Shown: piece by piece, positions 39,433 to 49,939 of the stretch
How the letters are laid out: every line of letters starts with the position of its first letter
How positions within the stretch are numbered: position 1 is the stretch's first letter
Source: Candidatus Collierbacteria bacterium GW2011_GWB2_45_17
Lineage (GTDB): Bacteria; Patescibacteriota; Microgenomatia; UBA1400; MFAQ01
Reading direction: 5' to 3'
Assembly: GCA_001001485.1 (NCBI GenBank)
Contig: LCKO01000005.1
Coordinates: 3,552 to 67,551, forward strand
DNA length: 64,000 nucleotides
Program-made: the position numbers and the translations under genes
The notes under the pieces: model-generated
Told to the model about the DNA's origin: nothing
What the model saw: only the letters and a program-made list of their open reading frames with translations
The model's database searches: none

Positions 39433-42357
39433 ATGTCTGTCATCTCACCATCAACTCATCTGATCATCAAAGGTGCTCGTCAGCATAATCTTAAAAACGT
39501 CAATCTGACCCTTCCGAAAAATAAACTCGTCGTCTTTACCGGTGTCTCCGGTAGCGGCAAGTCCAGCATGGCTCACGACACCATCTATGCCGAAGGCCAA
39601 CGCCGCTATGTAGAATCCCTCTCCTCATACGCCCGCCAGTTTTTAGGTGTCATGGACAAGCCAGATGTGGACCAAATCGAGGGTCTTTCCCCAGCTATTC
39701 TCATCGACCAAAAGCAGGGGAGTCACAACCCCCGCAGTACCGTCGGAACCGTCACCGAGATCTATGACTATCTCCGTCTTCTCTTCGCCCGTATAGGGCA
39801 CCCCCACTGCCCTAAATGTAGTCGGGAAATCCTTCCCCAGGACATCAATCAGATCTACAAAGCAGTCGTCGAACTGGCAGTTTCACATCCTAGCTACCTC
39901 AAGCAAAAAGGCGTCCGTCTTCTCATACTCGCTCCCATCGTCAAAGGTCAAAAAGGCGAGTTTAAGGAACTCTTCCCGGGGCTATCTAAACAGGGAATCC
40001 AAGAAGTTCGGGTAGACAATAAGATTCTTTCTACTCAAACAACACTCTCACTCTTTAAAAATAATCGCCACAACATCGAAGCCGTCATCGATAAACTGGT
40101 CATCGGTCAAGTAAGTGGTAGTCCAGAGTATGAAAAACAACGCCTGGTTGATTCTCTCGAGCAGGCCCTAAAAATTTCCGATGGAGAAGTATTTGTCAGT
40201 CTTGTCACCGATCCCTCTTTGTCCTTTCCGGAAAATCCTGAAGAAATGGAAGACCATCTTTTTTCTCAAAAATTAGCCTGTCCGGTAGATAACATTTCTA
40301 TTCCGGAAATCGAGCCCCGATATTTTTCCTTCAACGCCCCCGAAGGCGCTTGTCCCGAATGTACCGGTCTGGGAACCAAAATGGTCCTTGATACAGAATC
40401 GGTAGTTTCTCCCTCACTCAGTTTACTGGAAGGCGCTATTATTCCCTTAGCCTCACAGTTCGAATCCAGAACTTGGTTAGCCAAACTGGTTCTTGAGGCC
40501 ATGGAATCGCTCGGCTTCCCAGGCAACAAACCTCTTTTAGATCTGACAACTGATCAAAAACAAGCCCTCTTTACTGGTACAGGATCAAAAATATATTCGA
40601 TCAAAGGAATTAATCGACACGGAAAACGCGTCATTCGTAAAATGACTTTTGATGGCTTATCTAAAGAGTTCGAAAGACGTTATGAAGAATCCAACTCAGT
40701 TACTTTCAAAGAAGAAATTTCCAAGTATTTAATTCGAAAAACCTGTCCTGTTTGTCTTGGTACGCGACTAAAGCCAGAAGTGCTGGCTGTTCATGTTAAT
40801 AATCATTCCATCAGCGAACTTACTTCATGGTCTACCTCCAAATCAGCTGACTTCTTTCAAACTCTTTCAAAAAAACTAACTTCTACCGAGCAACAAATCA
40901 GTGAACCTATCTTGAAAGAAATAGGGGATAGGCTAAGTTTCCTCATGTCCGTCGGTCTCGACTACATCACTCTAGCGCGCGAGTCCGGTACTCTTTCCGG
41001 TGGAGAACTTCAAAGAATTCGTTTGGCCAGTCAAATCGGTTCTCGTCTAACAGGCATACTTTACGTCTTGGATGAACCCACCATTGGTCTGCATCAAAGA
41101 GACAATGCCAAACTAATCAAAACACTTAAAGACCTGGTGACGCTGGGAAATTCTTTAGTTGTCGTCGAGCATGATCAACAAACCATGGAAAGCGCCGATC
41201 ATTTGGTGGAGTTTGGTCCCAAAGCGGGGTATCTCGGAGGCAGAATTACTTTTGAGGGGAGCATCGATGAAATGAAAAACTCCGACTGTCTTACCGGTCA
41301 ATATCTTTCGGGTAAAAAATCTATTACAGCTATCAAACCCCAAAATCCAACCGAGAGTCCGGCTTCCATTCGCTTAACCGGCTGTACCCATCACAATCTC
41401 AAAGACGTCGATGTCGAGTTTCCTTTGAATAAATTCATTACCGTTACCGGCGTTTCCGGATCCGGCAAATCTTCCTTGGTTGTCGACACTCTCTACGAAG
41501 CTCTTTCCCAAAAACTTAACCCCACGCACCGCAAAGAAGACATTAAGTTTGGCACCATTACCATACCCGATATAGTCAAAAGAGTCTCTTTAATTGATCA
41601 AAGTCCCATTGGTAAAACACCCAGAAGCAATCCGGCAACCTACACAAAAGTTTTTGACTATGTCCGTCAACTTTTTGCCAATACCCAAGAGGCCAGATAC
41701 CGAGGATACGGACCAGGACGATTTAGTTTTAATGTCAAAGGTGGACGCTGTGAAACCTGCGAAGGCGATGGTCAACTCAAAATTGAAATGCAATTTCTAG
41801 GAGATATTTATATCACTTGTGAAACCTGTAAGGGTAGTCGCTTTAACGATCCCACGCTGGAAATCGAGTACAAAGATAAAAGTATCGCTCAAATTCTGGA
41901 CATGACCATGGATCAAGCCGGAGAATTTTTTAGGAACATTCCCGCCATCAGTAAAAAAATAGAGACAATCAAAAAGGTGGGCCTTGGCTATATTAAAATG
42001 GGACAAAGTGCGCCCACTCTTTCCGGTGGAGAAGCCCAAAGAGTTAAGCTGGCCACCGAACTGGCCAAGACGGGTAGTGGACACACAATTTATATTCTCG
42101 ACGAACCTACCACCGGACTGCACTTCGATGACTTAAGCAAGCTTGTTCAAACCTTAGTTGATCTCGTCAATCAAAACAACACCGTTATCGTCATCGAACA
42201 CAATCTAGACGTCATCAAGAATGCCGACTATATTATTGACATCGGCCCTGAAGGTGGTGACGCTGGTGGAGAGTTAATCGCCTCCGGTTCTCCAACAAAA
42301 GTAACCACCAAGTACGATACTCCGACTGCCCAAGAATTAAAAAAGATCATCCATTAA
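39433..42357 (+). CDS. uvrA: Excinuclease ABC subunit A
   Basis: Two GVSGSGKSS, zinc fingers, LSGGE motifs. Confidence 0.97.
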   Translation: MSVISPSTHLIIKGARQHNLKNVNLTLPKNKLVVFTGVSGSGKSSMAHDTIYAEGQRRYVESLSSYARQFLGVMDKPDVDQIEGLSPAILIDQKQGSHNPRSTVGTVTEIYDYLRLLFARIGHPHCPKCSREILPQDINQIYKAVVELAVSHPSYLKQKGVRLLILAPIVKGQKGEFKELFPGLSKQGIQEVRVDNKILSTQTTLSLFKNNRHNIEAVIDKLVIGQVSGSPEYEKQRLVDSLEQALKISDGEVFVSLVTDPSLSFPENPEEMEDHLFSQKLACPVDNISIPEIEPRYFSFNAPEGACPECTGLGTKMVLDTESVVSPSLSLLEGAIIPLASQFESRTWLAKLVLEAMESLGFPGNKPLLDLTTDQKQALFTGTGSKIYSIKGINRHGKRVIRKMTFDGLSKEFERRYEESNSVTFKEEISKYLIRKTCPVCLGTRLKPEVLAVHVNNHSISELTSWSTSKSADFFQTLSKKLTSTEQQISEPILKEIGDRLSFLMSVGLDYITLARESGTLSGGELQRIRLASQIGSRLTGILYVLDEPTIGLHQRDNAKLIKTLKDLVTLGNSLVVVEHDQQTMESADHLVEFGPKAGYLGGRITFEGSIDEMKNSDCLTGQYLSGKKSITAIKPQNPTESPASIRLTGCTHHNLKDVDVEFPLNKFITVTGVSGSGKSSLVVDTLYEALSQKLNPTHRKEDIKFGTITIPDIVKRVSLIDQSPIGKTPRSNPATYTKVFDYVRQLFANTQEARYRGYGPGRFSFNVKGGRCETCEGDGQLKIEMQFLGDIYITCETCKGSRFNDPTLEIEYKDKSIAQILDMTMDQAGEFFRNIPAISKKIETIKKVGLGYIKMGQSAPTLSGGEAQRVKLATELAKTGSGHTIYILDEPTTGLHFDDLSKLVQTLVDLVNQNNTVIVIEHNLDVIKNADYIIDIGPEGGDAGGELIASGSPTKVTTKYDTPTAQELKKIIH

Positions 42358-42358
42358 A

Positions 42359-44167
42359 TTGACGAAAAAACTAACTGCCTTTTCTCTGATGCTTGTTACC
42401 GGTATATTGCTATTTTTTCCGAAGCAGATAAACGCTCTGGCCAAGTTCAACACCACTTATCAGATTAACTACCGGGTTGAAGATGATGGAATAACTCACG
42501 TTAATTTTGTCATCAATCAAAAAAACAATCTCTCGGTAGTCTACGCCACCGACTTCGGCATCAGCGTTAACGAAACTAAACTTGAAAACATTAAAGTAAA
42601 AGACGAAGGGATGTATGTCACCCCAGAAGTCATTAAAAGTCTTAATCAAACTTCCATCTCCTTTCCTTTTGTCAATAAAGTAGTCGGCAAAGATAAAAAC
42701 CACACCTTTACCATTGAGTATGACACTAGAGATATTGCCCAAAAACACGGTAATACCTGGCAAATTGATATTCCCAGATTGGAACCGGACGAAAACGTCT
42801 CGAACCAAACCGTGATTCTCACCGTACCCAAAGGTTTTTCAACACCGGCCTATATCGATCCAAAACCAGACATCGTCAGCGATAATATTTACTATTTTAG
42901 CGGCAGTAAAATCAGTCACAAATCCATCAGCGCAATTTTTGGTAAAACCCAGTTTTATCAGGGTACCATTAACTATCGTTTATCCAATCCGGATCGAGAT
43001 AGGATCAAAACGGAGATTGCACTTCCTCCCGACACTTCGTATCAAACGGTTTTTTACCAAAAACTAAGTCCCAAACCAAGCAGTGTCTACACCGATAAAG
43101 ACCGTAATGTTCTGGCAGTTTACTTTCTAAATCCCAAAGAAAATCTCGATATCACCTTGGACTTTACCGTCAAACTGGACTTCACTCCCAAACCATCTTT
43201 AACCCAACCATCCGACTCCTACCTAACCAAAAATGCCATTTGGAACTATGACAACAATGTCTTTACCACTCCGGAAATCAAAAGTTTAACCACCGCCAAA
43301 TCAATTTACGGTTTTGTCGTCGATAAATTGAAGTATGACTACACCAAAATTAACCGCCAAAAACCAACGCGAACTCCAGCCGCCGAGTCTCTAATCAATA
43401 ACCTTAGTGCCATCTGTACCGACTTTACCGATGTCTTCGTTGCCTTAGCTCGAAAGGCGGGTATTCATGCCAGAGAGCTGGAAGGTTTCGCTATTTCCGA
43501 AAACCCCGATCTAAAGCCATTATCTCTGACTCAAGACGTACTTCACGCCTGGCCGGAATACTTCGACAAGACAAAAGCCAGCTGGATCCAAATCGACCCA
43601 ACCTGGGCTAACACGACAAGGGGTATTGATTACTTTAACAAACTGGACTTTAACCATATTGTTTTTGCCATTCACGGAATGGATCCTGAGTACCCAGTAC
43701 CCGCGGGTGGATACAAAAATGGAGACAAAACTCTCAAAAGTATTGCTATCAAATCTATCGATGAAATTCTTTTTCCGAAACCCACCTTTAGCGTAGAGTT
43801 TGTAAAACAAGAAGGAAACGATCTGGAATTTAAAATTGTCAACCAGTCGGGAGTTTCCTACTACGGTAACGCTAAGATCTCAGGTAACGAATTTATAGAG
43901 GTCGGCGAACAGTTTATGGACATAGCCCCGTTTTCGGATGGGATATTTAGGATCAAAACCCAAAAACAGCCCTTTGTCAGTAAAGATGACTTGAAAGTTA
44001 TAATCTACCTAGATGGAAAACCATATCCAGCCACTGTTATCGTCGGCTCAGCCTCCACTCAGGCTTACGTTCTCGCCGGAATTGGCCTCTTTTTGGCATT
44101 CGCTTTTATCATTGCCTGGAGTCTACATCTTCGAAGACAAAAACAAAAAACCTCTCTATATCGGTAA
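42359..44167 (+). CDS. Membrane-anchored transglutaminase-like protein
   Basis: Signal peptide; CTDF, HAWPE and DPTW catalytic triad; C-terminal TM. Confidence 0.85.
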   Translation: MTKKLTAFSLMLVTGILLFFPKQINALAKFNTTYQINYRVEDDGITHVNFVINQKNNLSVVYATDFGISVNETKLENIKVKDEGMYVTPEVIKSLNQTSISFPFVNKVVGKDKNHTFTIEYDTRDIAQKHGNTWQIDIPRLEPDENVSNQTVILTVPKGFSTPAYIDPKPDIVSDNIYYFSGSKISHKSISAIFGKTQFYQGTINYRLSNPDRDRIKTEIALPPDTSYQTVFYQKLSPKPSSVYTDKDRNVLAVYFLNPKENLDITLDFTVKLDFTPKPSLTQPSDSYLTKNAIWNYDNNVFTTPEIKSLTTAKSIYGFVVDKLKYDYTKINRQKPTRTPAAESLINNLSAICTDFTDVFVALARKAGIHARELEGFAISENPDLKPLSLTQDVLHAWPEYFDKTKASWIQIDPTWANTTRGIDYFNKLDFNHIVFAIHGMDPEYPVPAGGYKNGDKTLKSIAIKSIDEILFPKPTFSVEFVKQEGNDLEFKIVNQSGVSYYGNAKISGNEFIEVGEQFMDIAPFSDGIFRIKTQKQPFVSKDDLKVIIYLDGKPYPATVIVGSASTQAYVLAGIGLFLAFAFIIAWSLHLRRQKQKTSLYR

Positions 44168-45350
44168 ATCGATTAATCTAAAGAGCCGGATCAGACAACA
44201 TTACGAAGGATTTAGAGAGGGTACTTCTAAAGCTCTCCAATTCTTTCCCCAAACCAAAACACTTTACCTTAAGCCGGTAAAAAACGATATCGAGGCCGTT
44301 ATTATCGAAGCCAATTACATTAAACAGTATCAACCGCGTTATAACAGCATCGTCAAAGATGATCGTTCAAATCTTTACCTTATATTTACCAACACGCCGA
44401 GTACCAAGATTTCCATTGTTCACGCCACCGATATCCAAGATCTAAACCTGGATAACCTTAAAGGTCAAGTATTTGGACCTTACGCTTCCGGAGCAGTAGC
44501 CAAAACTTTATACAAACAGCTAAGAAACATCTTTGGTTTTTGTCTAGCTCCCTTTAACTCCCAAAACCGAATGTGCTTTAACTACCACTTGGGGCACTGC
44601 CCCGGTGCTTGTGTAGGAGAAATAACCTCCTCAAAATACTCTGCTCACTTAGGTAGACTAAAAAAATTCCTTTCCGGGCAATTCATTATTCTTGATAAAT
44701 CTCTTAACCAGGAAATAAAAACCGCCATTAAAAAACAGGCTTACGAACAGGCAAATGAAATTAAGTCTCAAATAAACGGTCTTCACTACATTCTCAGTAC
44801 CAAAGATTCCAGCCTGCTTCTCAAACTTTCGGACGCTACCGACGCTCTTCAGTATAAAATCGTCCAGAAACTTAAACACCCACTACTTAAAAAACCTCCG
44901 ATTCGAATCGAGTGTTACGATCTGGCCCATCTCCAGGGAGAAAACTATGTCGGCTCATTAGCTGTCTTTATTAAAGGAGCTCCATCAACTCAAGACTATC
45001 GACATTTTAATATTCGCTTGCCTGATCGTTCCGACCCCTTTGCCATGAGGCAAATAATCGAAAGACGGTTTAATCATAAAGAGTGGGGTACTCCAGATTT
45101 AATCGTCCTCGATGGTGGTATACCCCAGCTATCCATTGCCACACCGGCAATTCCACCACACATTCCCGTAATCGCCTTAGCCAAAAAGAAAGAAACCATC
45201 TATTTTTACGACTCTGAGTACAAAATTGTCACCCTTAATTTGCCCATCGAAGATCCGGTTCTAAATCTATTTCGAAACCTAAGAGACGAAGCCCATCGTT
45301 TTGCCAACTCCTTCCACATAAAACAACGCCGAAAAAGCCTAATATCGTAA
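44013..45350 (+). CDS. uvrC: Excinuclease ABC subunit C (short, no HhH tail)
   Basis: GIY-YIG PGVY...YIGKS; Cys cluster; RIECYD, PDLIVLDGG, RDEAHRFA. Confidence 0.9.
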   Translation: MENHIQPLLSSAQPPLRLTFSPELASFWHSLLSLPGVYIFEDKNKKPLYIGKSINLKSRIRQHYEGFREGTSKALQFFPQTKTLYLKPVKNDIEAVIIEANYIKQYQPRYNSIVKDDRSNLYLIFTNTPSTKISIVHATDIQDLNLDNLKGQVFGPYASGAVAKTLYKQLRNIFGFCLAPFNSQNRMCFNYHLGHCPGACVGEITSSKYSAHLGRLKKFLSGQFIILDKSLNQEIKTAIKKQAYEQANEIKSQINGLHYILSTKDSSLLLKLSDATDALQYKIVQKLKHPLLKKPPIRIECYDLAHLQGENYVGSLAVFIKGAPSTQDYRHFNIRLPDRSDPFAMRQIIERRFNHKEWGTPDLIVLDGGIPQLSIATPAIPPHIPVIALAKKKETIYFYDSEYKIVTLNLPIEDPVLNLFRNLRDEAHRFANSFHIKQRRKSLIS

Positions 45351-45365
45351 TATACTTAAATAACG

Positions 45366-45779
45366 ATGAAAATTTTCTTTCGCCATATCCTCATCAATCT
45401 TCTCGTTATTTACCTGACAGATCTTATCTACCCCGGTTTCTCCATACTGCATGACACCAAAACTCTTCTTTCGGCAGCCGTCATCTGGCTACTACTAAAC
45501 AAGATCGTCAAACCCATCATCAAGTTACTTCTTCTACCCATAAACCTTATCACTCTCAATCTCTTTTCATGGGTAATCAGTCTCATTACTTTATTTTTAC
45601 TTCAATCTATCGTCGGCGGTATTACCGTCTCGGCATACAGTTTCCCCGGACTAAGTACGGGGGGATTCGTTTTTCCGGCTTTCTATGTCGGAATATTTCT
45701 CTCCTATCTCATTGCCTCCTGTATCCTCAATCTCATCCACAACTTTATTATCTGGCTTATTCGTAAGGACTCTGAATAG
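45366..45779 (+). CDS. YvlD/phage holin 4-2 family membrane protein
   Basis: IVKPIIKLLLLPINLITLNLF. Confidence 0.8.
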   Translation: MKIFFRHILINLLVIYLTDLIYPGFSILHDTKTLLSAAVIWLLLNKIVKPIIKLLLLPINLITLNLFSWVISLITLFLLQSIVGGITVSAYSFPGLSTGGFVFPAFYVGIFLSYLIASCILNLIHNFIIWLIRKDSE

Positions 45780-45797
45780 GGGATATAATTAGACACT

Positions 45798-46019
45798 ATG
45801 CAAGTCACCCTCATCATTCAAATAATCGTTTCGCTGATTCTGATCGTTTTGGTCACTCTTCAATCAAAAGATAGCTCCCTTGGTGCCGGGTTTTCGTCTG
45901 CCACTCAATCGGGTTTCCATACCAAAAGAGGTCCGGAAAAAATAATTTATCTGGCCACTATCGTCTGCTCAATTCTATTTTTAATTCTTTCTTTTCTAAA
46001 TATCGCCGTTTGGAAATGA
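45798..46019 (+). CDS. secG: Preprotein translocase SecG
   Basis: 2 TM segments with LQSK..LGAGF...RGPEK. Confidence 0.85.
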   Translation: MQVTLIIQIIVSLILIVLVTLQSKDSSLGAGFSSATQSGFHTKRGPEKIIYLATIVCSILFLILSFLNIAVWK

Positions 46020-47350
46020 TTAATCCTTTTCGAGAAAGAATTTGGTTTATTAGAGGATTCATTAAAAAATATTCCATACAGATCATCCTTAGTCTTGTGG
46101 TAACCGTCACGATAGCTCTTTTGGGTACCTTTTTTCTATCAAAAATTCCCGAGAAAAGGTCAATCTATCGGATTGGAATTGTCGGCCAATTTGGCTCCGG
46201 TCAGCTACCTCCGTACATTATCAATTTTCTTAAAGCCGGACTTGTTACCTTAGATAGCAAGCACGAACCTCAACCAGGATTAGCCGAAAAATGGGATATT
46301 AGCGATGACGGAAAAACCTATACTTTTTATCTCCGTTCGGGTCTAAAGTGGAACGACAGCAAGGCGGTAAATGCTACCGATATTAAGATTTCTATTCCCA
46401 ATATTGTGGTCGAAACCGTTGACCCCAACATCATTCGTTTTAAAATTCCCACCAAATTCTCACCCTTTCTGTCACTGTTAAATATTCCTCTTTTGAGCTC
46501 AAGTGGAAAAATCATCGGCGACTACGATATCCGTCTCAAGCAAAAAAGCTCCGGCGTCATCTCCCAAATTACTGTCAATACATCAAACAAGGTGTTAAAC
46601 TTCAACGTTTTTCAGACTCCCAAACAAGCCATCACCGCCTTCAAACTGGGTCAAGTTGACATGGCTCTCGCTCTCCCTTCCGAATACGAATCGGACGTCG
46701 TCAAATATGGAAAAATTCAAAAGCAAATTGATTTAAACCGAGTGGTAACTCTGATCTTTAATCAGCAAGATCCCAATCTGAAGGATAAAAATGTTAGGCA
46801 AGGTATCGCCTACAGCCTAAAGGATAAAACCCTTGGTCAGACAGAGGCTTTAACCACTATTAGTCCGGTTTCTTGGGGCTTCAATCCTCTGGTAAAAACC
46901 TACCCTTATAATCTTCCGAGAACCAAGGAACTAATTAAAACTGCGGTGATCTTGGAACTCGCTACCACCCCAGAACTTCTCTCGGTTGCCGAAAATATTC
47001 GAACACAGCTAAACTCAGATAAAATTTCCATCAGTACCAAGGTTGTTTCGTCTACCCCTGAACAATTTCAACTATTCTTGACTCCCTACAATATCCCTTC
47101 CGACCCGGATCAATATCGCGACTGGCACTCAACCCAGGCAACCAACATCGGTCGGGGGTCGGACGAAAAAATCGATAAACTTTTAGAAGACGGCCGTATA
47201 ATATTAGATCAAAAAGAAAGAAAGCGAATTTACTTTGATTTCCAAAAAACCTTCTCCGAAGAACTTCCCGCTTTAGTGCTTTATCATCCCTCAACCTTCG
47301 ATCTGGCCAGAAGAGAATCTCTTTTTCAAATCATCAATAGCGGTAATTAG
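46016..47350 (+). CDS. ABC transporter family-5 substrate-binding protein
   Basis: PGLAEKW.ISDDGKTYTF.LR; DPDQY..WHS. Confidence 0.85.
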   Translation: MINPFRERIWFIRGFIKKYSIQIILSLVVTVTIALLGTFFLSKIPEKRSIYRIGIVGQFGSGQLPPYIINFLKAGLVTLDSKHEPQPGLAEKWDISDDGKTYTFYLRSGLKWNDSKAVNATDIKISIPNIVVETVDPNIIRFKIPTKFSPFLSLLNIPLLSSSGKIIGDYDIRLKQKSSGVISQITVNTSNKVLNFNVFQTPKQAITAFKLGQVDMALALPSEYESDVVKYGKIQKQIDLNRVVTLIFNQQDPNLKDKNVRQGIAYSLKDKTLGQTEALTTISPVSWGFNPLVKTYPYNLPRTKELIKTAVILELATTPELLSVAENIRTQLNSDKISISTKVVSSTPEQFQLFLTPYNIPSDPDQYRDWHSTQATNIGRGSDEKIDKLLEDGRIILDQKERKRIYFDFQKTFSEELPALVLYHPSTFDLARRESLFQIINSGN

Positions 47351-47431
47351 TGGGCGGGGAGGGACTCGAACCCTCATGAGTTGCCTCGCAGCGTTCTGAA
47401 CACTGTGCGTCTACCATTTCGCCACCCGCCC
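47351..47431 (-). tRNA. tRNA-Leu(CAG)
   Basis: GGGCGGG acceptor; TTCAGAA loop; long variable arm. Confidence 0.92.
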
Positions 47432-47476
47432 AACCACACATATTATCTCATTATTCTTGGTATAATTAACAGGCAT

Positions 47477-47549
47477 GCCGAGGTAGCCAAGGTAGTCACG
47501 GCGGGAGTCTGAAAAACTTCAGATAAGTGTGCAATTCACTTCCTCGGCA
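47477..47549 (+). tRNA. tRNA-Phe(GAA), atypical T-loop TGCAATT
   Basis: GCCGAGG/CCTCGGC acceptor; GGAGT-CTGAAAA-ACTTC. Confidence 0.85.
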
Positions 47550-47574
47550 CCGTTCTTGTTAAAATATTACGTAT

Positions 47575-47648
47575 GCGGGAATAGCTCAGTTGGCTAGAGC
47601 GTCTCCTTGCCAAGGAGAAGGTCGAGGGTTCGAATCCCTTTTCCCGCT
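47575..47648 (+). tRNA. tRNA-Gly(GCC)
   Basis: TCTCC-TTGCCAA-GGAGA. Confidence 0.95.
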
Positions 47649-47678
47649 CACTTTGATTCTAAATCAGTTCATTATTAT

Positions 47679-47761
47679 GCGCGGGTGCTGTAATGGTAGC
47701 CAGGCTAGCTTGAGGTGCTAGTGCCCGTAAGGGCGTGGAGGTTCAAGTCCTCTCCCGCGCA
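47679..47761 (+). tRNA. tRNA-Leu(GAG)
   Basis: CTAGC-TTGAGGT-GCTAG; variable arm. Confidence 0.92.
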
Positions 47762-47772
47762 CAAATAGAAAT

Positions 47773-47846
47773 GGACTCTTAGCTCAGTTGGTTAGAGCGC
47801 CTCGTTTACATCGAGGAGGTCGAAGGTTCGAATCCCTCAGGGTCCA
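47773..47846 (+). tRNA. tRNA-Val(TAC)
   Basis: CCTCG-TTTACAT-CGAGG. Confidence 0.94.
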
Positions 47847-47866
47847 CTTGATATAATTAACCATCC

Positions 47867-48694
47867 ATGAGCACATCTCCGACCGAGTTCGAAAAATTTC
47901 TCCTTAAGGAATATTTCAGGCTTGGCTCCATCAACAAAGTTTTTACCGCCCACCATTTAGATCTTCCCATTTCCTTCGCCGGTTACGCCCGCTTACTCAC
48001 CAAATTTAGCATCATCAAATCTGCTGGACCAAATAGTCGATTTTCAGAGTCATTAGACATCTTAACCAAACTCAGCAGTTACAAAATTCCTCTTGAAAAA
48101 GTCTATCACCGTTTCGCACCTCGTAGGATCCAAGTTTCCGTCAATACCTTACACCGCATTCTTCACTACACTAGGCTTGGCCTTACTAGGCGTCAGGGGA
48201 CTGCATTATTGATTACTTCAAGTCAGGACTCCCAAAGTTTCTTGACTGGTAGAGAACAAAATACGCCCAATTCCCAATTGGGTAAGAGGGGAGATCTCGC
48301 ACTACCCATGGGACACTCTAGAACCGGAGAAAACCCCAGAGATGCCATCGTCCGTGTGCTACAGCAAGAAGTCTTCACCGATCAAACCATTGAAGGACAT
48401 TTCCCTTGGAAAATTGTTCCCGATCATCCTCAACCGGTCATGTATATCAGTATTGCCGACATTAAGGTCACTGTTTATCATCTTATCTTTGACCACGATT
48501 TTCAATTCTCCAGTTTCAAGCTAAATACTCTCAAATATCGCAACCTAAATCGTCTCCTAACAGATAATCTCCGCCCGGGAATCGAGGATATTCTTAAACA
48601 ACATGCCGGTCTCCTCAAAAATACCAAGAGAATTACGGTTCCTGAATTTAGTTCCAAGTTGAACTTGGCCTTGCTGAAAGTCAAAGATTCATAA
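47867..48694 (+). CDS. Hypothetical protein with degenerate Nudix box
   Basis: LPMGHSRTGENPRDAIVRVLQQEV; basic helical N-terminus. Confidence 0.65.
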   Translation: MSTSPTEFEKFLLKEYFRLGSINKVFTAHHLDLPISFAGYARLLTKFSIIKSAGPNSRFSESLDILTKLSSYKIPLEKVYHRFAPRRIQVSVNTLHRILHYTRLGLTRRQGTALLITSSQDSQSFLTGREQNTPNSQLGKRGDLALPMGHSRTGENPRDAIVRVLQQEVFTDQTIEGHFPWKIVPDHPQPVMYISIADIKVTVYHLIFDHDFQFSSFKLNTLKYRNLNRLLTDNLRPGIEDILKQHAGLLKNTKRITVPEFSSKLNLALLKVKDS

Positions 48695-48712
48695 AAAAAT
48701 ATGATTCTGTTG

Positions 48713-49189
48713 TCTGTTATAACGAAATTCGAACTTATTTTCGGGACCATTACTAACTTATTGGCTCACCGCTCAACACTTCGTGTCTCGCGGTTCGCCA
48801 CCGCCTGCCCTGCCGGTCCGCCTTTGGCGGAGGCGGAACCACTTGCGCGCGAGAAGCGGTATCCCGCCCTCATCGTCATTGCGAGGTTCGGTACCCCAAA
48901 CCGTGGCAATCTCACTCCATTCGGATTCGGTCGGGATGATTGCTCTTACGAGCAAGCGCCAGCATTCGCTGTCGCATCTATATGTTCGTCCGCCTGAGGC
49001 GGACGAAGCTGTTCTCAACATATGGCTCAGAACATCGTCATTGCGAGGAATGAAATGACGAAGCAATCTATATAGATTGCATTTCCTCGCCATAAAATAT
49101 CAGATAGTTAGGAGTGTATTTTACTATCTGATATTTAGTGATTGAGACAGCATTGGCCTAGCGACCAATGTGCCTGCTTTGCAGGCACA
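48713..49189. ncRNA. Conserved structured non-coding module (copy C)
   Basis: Collinear with 16324-16781, with compensatory stem changes. Confidence 0.65.
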
Positions 49190-49239
49190 AGAAATATATT
49201 TTGAACTTGTATAATTACAATTATGTTGAAAAAAATAAT

Positions 49240-49854
49240 ATGATTAAATTCGTTTATTTTGATGTTGGTGGAGTAGTTGTTAAGGACTTTAGTGGCACAA
49301 ACAAATGGAATGAGTTGAAAAATGGTATGGGGATAAAGCCCAATCAAGAGGTAGTATTCGATGAGATATTTGATATTTATGAACCAGAGGTTTGTATTGG
49401 CAGAGATGTGGAAACTTTAATTCCATTATTAAACACAAAACTATATTTGAGTTTGCCAGAAAACTATTCATTTCTTTTGGATTTTGTTAATCGCTTTGAA
49501 AGAAACGAATCAATCTGGCCAATTATCAAAAGAATCAAAGAGAGATATAAAGTTGGACTTTTGACCAATATGTACCCAAACATGTTGAATCAGATTTATA
49601 AGGCTGATCTTATGCCAGATACAAAGTGGGATGTGATTATAGATTCCAGTATCGAGAAAGTCAGGAAACCTCAAATCGAAATGTTTAAGTTGGCTGAAGA
49701 CAGATCAGGGTTCAAGGGGGAAGAAATACTTTTTATAGAAAATGGCAAAAAACACATTGAGGCCGCAAACGAATTCGGATGGCAAACTTTTCTTTACGAT
49801 CCGTCATTTACTGTAGAGTCAAATAAGAGCTTGGAAGAAACGCTTCTCAAATAG
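49240..49854 (+). CDS. HAD-superfamily hydrolase
   Basis: YFDVGGV, LLTN, RKP, FIEN. Confidence 0.88.
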   Translation: MIKFVYFDVGGVVVKDFSGTNKWNELKNGMGIKPNQEVVFDEIFDIYEPEVCIGRDVETLIPLLNTKLYLSLPENYSFLLDFVNRFERNESIWPIIKRIKERYKVGLLTNMYPNMLNQIYKADLMPDTKWDVIIDSSIEKVRKPQIEMFKLAEDRSGFKGEEILFIENGKKHIEAANEFGWQTFLYDPSFTVESNKSLEETLLK

Positions 49855-49939
49855 AAAATAGCCAAATTTCCACCTTTTGAGCTCTGGTGGGCGGGCGCGC
49901 GGGCGACTACCCCGAAAACGGGCGGGGAATCCCTTTCTG

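Noticed and set aside
48701-49093. ORFs 48701-48997, 48773-49093 and 48783-49058
   Set aside because: Spurious ORFs over the structured module and REP-like repeats
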